A stretch of DNA of 63,210 nt, filler included, from Vannella sp. (lineage: Eukaryota), in the NCBI GenBank assembly GCA_023345925.1. It is 8 parts of 8 records of this genome, joined end to end, with 100 filler letters (N's around TTAATTAATTAA, not from the genome) between each part and the next. Parts side by side here need not be neighbours in the genome. Positions count along the whole stretch, not along the records: positions 57,475 to 63,210 come from JAJQQN010000800.1; 7 more parts are not named here. The stretch is one strand, 5' to 3'. A program made the translations under genes and the position numbers. The number at the start of each line of letters is the position of its first letter. Position 1 is the first letter of the stretch. Shown here one piece after another: positions 57,744 through 63,210 of this stretch. The notes below the pieces were generated by a model. That model worked only from the letters and a program-made list of their open reading frames with translations, was not told where the DNA came from and did not search any database.

Positions 57744-59339
57744 TTAAGAGGGACGGGCAGTGAGATAGTCCGTTCGGACCCCACCGCTGATGCCGTTGTA
57801 CTTGACCTGGCACCACTCTCCTTGGACTTCTATGACCTCCACTTCGTAGCAGTGACAGTCAGTTTTCTTGAATGATGCGTCCGCTCTTGCACTGGTCCGC
57901 AACTTCAAAGTTGGGTGAGTCGGATGCCTCACTCGAACCATTCTGGTACGCTGACACTGAACTCCTCTTGCCATAAAAGAAGACTGCGAGCTTGCAGGAC
58001 GAGGAGTAAGATAGTCCGTTCGGACCCAACCACTGACGCCGTTGTACTTGACTTGGCACCACTCTCCTTGGACTTCCTGGACCTCCACATTATGACGGTG
58101 ACAGTCAGTGGTCTTGAATGATGCGTCCACTCTTGCACTGATCCGCAACTTCAAAGTTGGGCGAGTCGGATGCTCTGCCCAAGTCATCCCGGCACGATGA
58201 CATTGCGCGTCTCTTCCAACAAGAGAGGCTGACGAGTTTGCAGGACGAGGAGTGAGATAGTCCGTTCGAATCCAACCGCCAACGCCGTTGTACTTGACTT
58301 GGCACCACTCTCCTTGGACTTCCTTGACCTCCACATTATGGCGGTGACAGTCAGTGGTCTTGAATGATGCGTCCGCTCTTGCACTGGTCCGCAACTTCAA
58401 AGTTGGGCGAGTGGGGTGTTCTGCCCAACTCATCCCGGCAAATCCGCAATGTCGTCATCTGGTGCGCAACTTCAAAGTAGGGCGAGTAGGATGTCTCGCT
58501 CGAGCCATTCCAGCACCAGGCTGGCTTGTTCCTCTGCTGGAACGAGAAGCGGATCTCAAGTTCGTTATGGCCGTCCATTCTCCTCCACTCTTGTAGGGAT
58601 GGGCCTCGTGGAGCTTCACAATCACTGCTTGAATGAACACGTGCTTGCAAGCTCGGGAAGGGACAAGACCAATCATTTGCTCAGAAATGGGAGGACTCAT
58701 TTCGGCCCCTGCAAAGAGATCTTGAATGCAATAGTCCGCTGCAATGGTAGCTGCGCACTCTTCAACGCCGCTGGCAAATGAAGAGAGATCGGGGAATCGG
58801 AGGAGCAAGATAGTGTCGACGTAGTACTTTGTTCCCTTATGGCTCCAAGTATAAGGAGAAGAGTGGCGGCACTTGCTGCTGTAGAGCTGAGCGTACAAGG
58901 GAGAAGGGGTGAAATAGATCCCAGCGCCAATATGGCCGGAGGTACTGGGGTTCAGACCGCTTGCCAAGATGGAGCACAGATTCTCGGGTGGAGTGCCATG
59001 GTATCCGTAGCGGAGCTTCTTACTAGCGAATATCGAAGTGTTCTCGCCAGCAGATGCTCAGGCACTTTCGTCGAAGGATGATTGAAGCATGTGCTTGGTA
59101 GCAAAGGAAGGGCGCATGAAGAGACCCTTTGGTTCTCCTCGGAGTTCAGCGTGGCAGTAATTGTTCTTGTAGAAGCAATGCTGTTCATTGGCAAAGAAGC
59201 GCTTGCTCACTCCCATATCTGACAAGAACTTCCAACCCAGTTCTAACTTCTCTCTTTCTCCATTCAGAAGCCTTGGTTCAGTTGAGACAAAGGTTCCAAT
59301 CCAGGAACTCGTATTCCTGAGTGGGAACTGTCGTTCATC
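57744..59339 (-). pseudogene. NEURL4/PARP-like ADP-ribosyltransferase fused to SH3b repeats; two in-frame TGA codons
   Basis: One frame carries HCF...RGEP.., YGYHGT, SILASGL, GAGIYFTPSPLYAQLYS and then three SH3b-like repeats. It is interrupted only by TGA at 59058-59060 and 58455-58457. Confidence 0.7.
57747..58505 (-). repeat. Coding tandem repeat, 246-bp unit (82 aa): three copies plus one collapsed copy
   Basis: aacttcaaag recurs at 57901, 58147 and 58393 (period 246) and at 58468. The unit encodes TLKLRTSA...VEV.EVQGEWCQVKYNGV.GW.RTDYL. Confidence 0.92.
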
Positions 59340-59669
59340 TTAACGGTGACGTGAGAAATGATTGCTGAGACTCCCTCCAGATCTTAAAAAACGCGAAAAG
59401 GGATGATCATGATTGATCAGGAAAAGGGATTTGAAGTTCAAGTCACCTTTCTCTTCCCATCAAATCATCGAGATCACCACCCCAATCAATAGCATTACAG
59501 AAACGCATGGACCCATCTGATGATTGGACAGGAATCGCTCCGAATTAGAAAATGGTGTTTTGGAAAGAACAGATTTCTCCCTTTGCGAGGGCGGTGATTG
59601 CACAAGTTACTGCGTGTGGTAAGTTATTTTTAATCGAGGAAGTGAGCACAATCGGACTGAAACTTGTAC

Positions 59670-61561
59670 TTATTGCCAAGTTTCAGTCCGGAAGCGGCCG
59701 CTTAGCTCCAGTTGACGGAAGAAATCTTCGGCCACAAGCTGTTCCATGTGACCCTCTTGTTGGATAATCTGGCAGAGAGATTCTTTTACATTCTTTGGCA
59801 TGTTCTGGGAGGATCCAGAGAGGAAAATGACGCCCCCAGCCTGTAAGATGGTCCAGATCTGTTTTGATTGTTCCAAAAGGAGGTGTTGAACGTATGTTCG
59901 ATGTCCTTTTGTTTCTTGTTCGTCCCTTGAGAAGGCAACGCAGTATTGTGTTAGAACGCCTTCGTCAACGTATCCCTGAAGCTCTTTCCCAAAGCACCAG
60001 TCCTTTGTTTGATGTCGGCATCCAGTGAATAACAATATTTTTCCTAGCGCAACTCCACTACGATGCTTAGCAACGCGCTCTTGGATAAAGGATCGGAATG
60101 GGGCCAATCCTGTTCCAGGACCGATCATGATAAAAGGGGTTTGGGGGTCAGGAGGGAGACAAAAGCCAGGAGAACCCTTCTTAATCCAAATTCTGAGCCG
60201 ATCTTGTGACGGGGTGAGGCCAGTGAGCCATTGCGTGCACAGCCCTTTCTTAATCTTTCCCAAAGGAGTTTTGGTCACTACTGCAGCAACCAGTAGCTCA
60301 GCTCTATCAGGCTTGAGCTTCTGAGAAGAAGCAATAGAAAACAGGCGGGGTTGGGTGGGAGGGATCAAGTCTAGCACGTATTCCAGAGGAGGCATGGCAG
60401 ATGGAAAATCCTCCAAAATCTCATACACAGTCTTCCTTTCTTTTTGGCAATAACGGCGGACTTCATCCTGGGCCTCTGCTGTTGAAAAGTAGATCAATCG
60501 TTCTCTTTCATGCTCTGCAGAAGCAAAGTGAGACAGTAATTCAAAAAAGTAAGCTCTGGCCACTCCTGTGATATCCAGAAAGTCACGGAAGAGCTGAAAG
60601 AGTGTCATGGGAAAGGGTAAGTGGCTTAAACTCTTCGGCCCGCCGTAGTCCTTGCGTTGGGGTACTAATTGTGAGATGACAGTATCAGGAGATAACTGAA
60701 TTCTCCTTAATAACGCTAAAACTTCCTCTTCTGGGTTCTGAGGGAGAATAGCTAAAGAGTCGCCTTCATCAAACTTCATCGAGCTGTCCAATTGAACAAC
60801 ATAGTGACGAACATCCTGTTCCCAATCCTCTGCTGTCAATCGCTGTTGATCAAGCAGTAGACCCTGATAGGGATACTTTTGATCATACACGTCCTTCTTT
60901 TGATGACTCTCGAACTCTTTCGATTCGAAGAGAACGCAATAACGGCTGGGGAGAGTGGGAAGTGCGTTGGGATGGATGGTGGACTGGATACTGAGAGAGG
61001 CGTCCACGGTTAGAGCCGATAGGAGAGGTTGAGAAGGAGGAATGAGGCGAGAAAGAGAAGAAGCAAGCTGCTGCAGCCAGGGATCGAGGATCTGTAAGGG
61101 ACCTTCCGTCTGTTAAGTACGATGTGGAGGCCGATCAGGAGGTCACAGTAGCACGAACCTGAAGGGCTTTGATCATCTCCATAGGCTGGTGCAACAAGGA
61201 AGGAAGCTCCTAGCTGGATCAGCCGGCGATACAGCTTTTTGGCAGCAAAGTTGAACTCGTGGTAACCACTGTCCCCGAGACCACACACAGCAGCCTTCAT
61301 TCCAACGAGAGAGTTAGAAGGAAGGTTCTTGCGCAGTAGAAAGCGCCAAAAGTAGCGAGCATTGTCGGGAAACTCGCCTTGCCCCGCCGTCGCAACGACA
61401 AACACAGCAAACTCCTCCTTCGGGAGCGATCTGATGTCATACGAGTCCATGGGCATCACATCCACAGAGACTCCCAACGCCTCCACCACTCGCCCCACCC
61501 GTTCAGCAAACTCTTCTGCGCAACCAGTCTGGCTTCCATACAGCACAGTCAAGTGCCCCAT
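59670..61561 (-). CDS. NDOR1: NADPH-dependent diflavin oxidoreductase 1 (Tah18/ATR3)
   Basis: Flavodoxin domain VLYGSQTG, ATAGQGEFPDN..FWRFLLRKNLP, GLGDSGY..FNFAAKKL; FAD/NADPH domain QDVRH, PRLFSIASS, MIGPGTGLAPFRS; ends ETWQ. Introns near 61010-61160. Confidence 0.95.
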
Positions 61562-61652
61562 CAATGAAGCGCACCAACAAATGCAGTTCGTTCATCCACA
61601 ATTCTGATGGCTCGATGGACCTTCCACAAAAAAGGACGAAAAAACTAATAAT

Positions 61653-61700
61653 CTAAAAACTCATAAAAACCCCATTTGACCGATTGGCCATCGATTTTAG
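61653..61700 (+). other. Bipartite motif CTAAAAAC..ATAAAAA-N21-TCGATTTTAG in a divergent intergenic region
   Basis: Same boxes and spacing as the 49082 and 54863 copies. CCAAT/ATTGG boxes nearby (61683, 61726, 61751). Confidence 0.65.
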
Positions 61701-61815
61701 AGGTGAGAATATTGAGGTCGGTCCACCAATCAGCGACGAGCTGTTTGGGGATTGGTTGGTTTGGCTTTTAAGCGAAACTGTTTAGTCATTGTCTGTTGGC
61801 CTTTTGGACGCTGCT

Positions 61816-62724
61816 ATGAGGCTAGGATTGGCTAGTGAGGGTGACAATGTGGGAGAGCCAATGCTGACGTTCCCTTGGTGGAAGGAAGACCACATTCCCT
61901 TGCCCGATTGTAGCCAATGTGAAGTGATTTACTGCCCCTTTGATTGTGGAACATGGTTTCCCACATGTGCATCACGTGACCATAGCAATCTGTGCCAGGC
62001 TGTGGACCGTTTTTGTCCTGCGGGTTGCGGAACCTCTCTTCGCCACAATCAGTTCCAGGAGCACTCCTCGCACTGTTCAAAGTGTGTATCAAAGTGCTCT
62101 TGTTGCAATGAACATGTTAGTAGAGGTACCATCTCTGCCCACTATGTGTCAACCCGATCAGGAGAGCACACTCCCAGGCGGAAGGGCGATTGCTTCTTTG
62201 GTGACTGCACGCAAGGTTGCTCGGACCTTTCCTGCTGTCCTTCTTACATAGTTACATGTATCAGCTGCCGCAAAGAGTTCAGCAGACATCACTACAGCGA
62301 GTCGCACCAACACGAATGTCTCACATCTCCACATCTGACCCTGCCCAATCGACTACCAGGCCACTGCTTCTTTCCAGAATGCGATGAAAGATGTCGGAAC
62401 CTTTCTGTATGCCCTTATAACCGCATCAACTGCCCAAGCTGTCGGGAAGAGTTCAGCCGAGATCATTTTGAAGAGGTTCACCGGGAAGAATGTCGGCTTC
62501 AGCACTATCTTATTCGCCAACAACCCCATCAGAAAGGCCAATGCTTCTTTGAAGAATGCACGCTGGGTTGTGTAGACTATACCAAATGCCCGACTTACCT
62601 CATTATCTGCCCCTGTTGCCGCGAAGAGTTCCCGAGAGCGCTTTTTGTGACTTCGCATCAAGGTTGTTGTCGTTCTTCAGCTCATCTTACTTTGGCGTTT
62701 CCCCTACAGAAAGCACTGCTATGA
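61816..62724 (+). CDS. Cys/His-rich protein: TRAF-like zinc fingers plus three internal repeats
   Basis: CPFDCG..H...C and CPAGCG..R....H...C, followed by three copies of G.CFF..C...C.....CP.....C..CR.EF.R......H...C. Confidence 0.65.
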   Translation: MRLGLASEGDNVGEPMLTFPWWKEDHIPLPDCSQCEVIYCPFDCGTWFPTCASRDHSNLCQAVDRFCPAGCGTSLRHNQFQEHSSHCSKCVSKCSCCNEHVSRGTISAHYVSTRSGEHTPRRKGDCFFGDCTQGCSDLSCCPSYIVTCISCRKEFSRHHYSESHQHECLTSPHLTLPNRLPGHCFFPECDERCRNLSVCPYNRINCPSCREEFSRDHFEEVHREECRLQHYLIRQQPHQKGQCFFEECTLGCVDYTKCPTYLIICPCCREEFPRALFVTSHQGCCRSSAHLTLAFPLQKALL

Positions 62725-62899
62725 TTCGTCTTGGAGTCCTCCAACTCTTCTGTATAAGTCAGCCAAAACTCTATCCACTTCAATCGCATTCTGCAGGGAG
62801 ATGGGAAACTGTTCATCAGAGGAATACGCCTTCTCTCAGTCGGGTTGTGGTTGGTTCAGCTGCAGCCTTAGTCGTAGATGTGAGGTTGCAGGTGAAGAA

Positions 62900-63210
62900 G
62901 GGCTTCAAAAGAAGCGGGCACTCTTCTTTGTGCTCCTGCTGAATGAATGAGGGAGAGCGGGCCGGACAGGGCAAAGCGTAGGAGAACGCCAATGAATGGT
63001 ACCCACCAGCGAGCAGGGCGCTCATTCCTTTCAACGAGGGGACCAGAGAGGGTTGGGGTTGAGAGGAAGTCCCCAATTGCCCATATTCACCCAATCCCCA
63101 GGTCCAGACGCCGCCGCTCTCGTCCAGGGCGAGAGTGTGACCCCTTCAAAGGCCGCCTTCGGTGTCGAGGGCAGCGCTGTGAGACCAGCCAGCAGCCACC
63201 AGGGTCATGG
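62900..63210 (-). pseudogene. Internally deleted RCC1-repeat gene relic (same family as 13906-14776)
   Basis: HTLALDESGGVWTWGLGEYGQLG and LVPSLKGM..LLAGGYHSL. The 3' sequence aagaagagtgcccgct is shared with about 14735 but is out of frame here. Confidence 0.7.

Noticed and set aside
58455..59060. TGA reassignment or selenocysteine readthrough in the ART-SH3b gene
   Set aside because: TGA ends conserved genes in this window (IleRS, NRDE2, XPB, SHK kinase). The tRNA-Trp has a normal CCA anticodon. One TGA is explained by the inversion, and I recognised no SECIS.
49082..61700. Constant-flank, variable-spacer motif as a CRISPR-like array
   Set aside because: The copies are dispersed singletons on different contigs, not an array, and no cas genes are present.

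Overview
This window is not one locus. It is eight contigs (1-13805, 13906-20087, 20188-24380, 24481-29508, 29609-38747, 38848-47435, 47536-57374, 57475-63210) joined by artificial 100-nt N/TTAATTAATTAA/N linkers. The DNA is from a compact eukaryotic nuclear genome with short (about 43-63 nt) GT-AG introns, the standard genetic code and very short intergenic gaps. An SH2-bearing TKL kinase (SHK type) suggests an amoebozoan host (inference). Housekeeping genes: eIF3c, mitochondrial IleRS, Sec31, LCMT1, NRDE2, XPB, DONSON, NDOR1, a thiolase, a cytochrome P450, an amino-acid transporter, a DUSP, a RhoGAP-SH3 protein, several kinases, tRNA-Thr(AGT) and tRNA-Trp(CCA). Among them lie fast-evolving paralogues and pseudogenes. 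Best leads: (1) a NEURL4/PARP-like ADP-ribosyltransferase fused in frame to tandem bacterial-type SH3b repeats, disrupted in this copy; (2) mucin-stalk, single-pass membrane proteins with an adhesion-GPCR GPS autoproteolysis site but no 7TM domain; (3) a dispersed non-coding element and a bipartite motif with a fixed 21-nt spacer, shared across contigs; (4) orphan paralogue pairs. All family calls come from motif recognition by eye; no searches were run.
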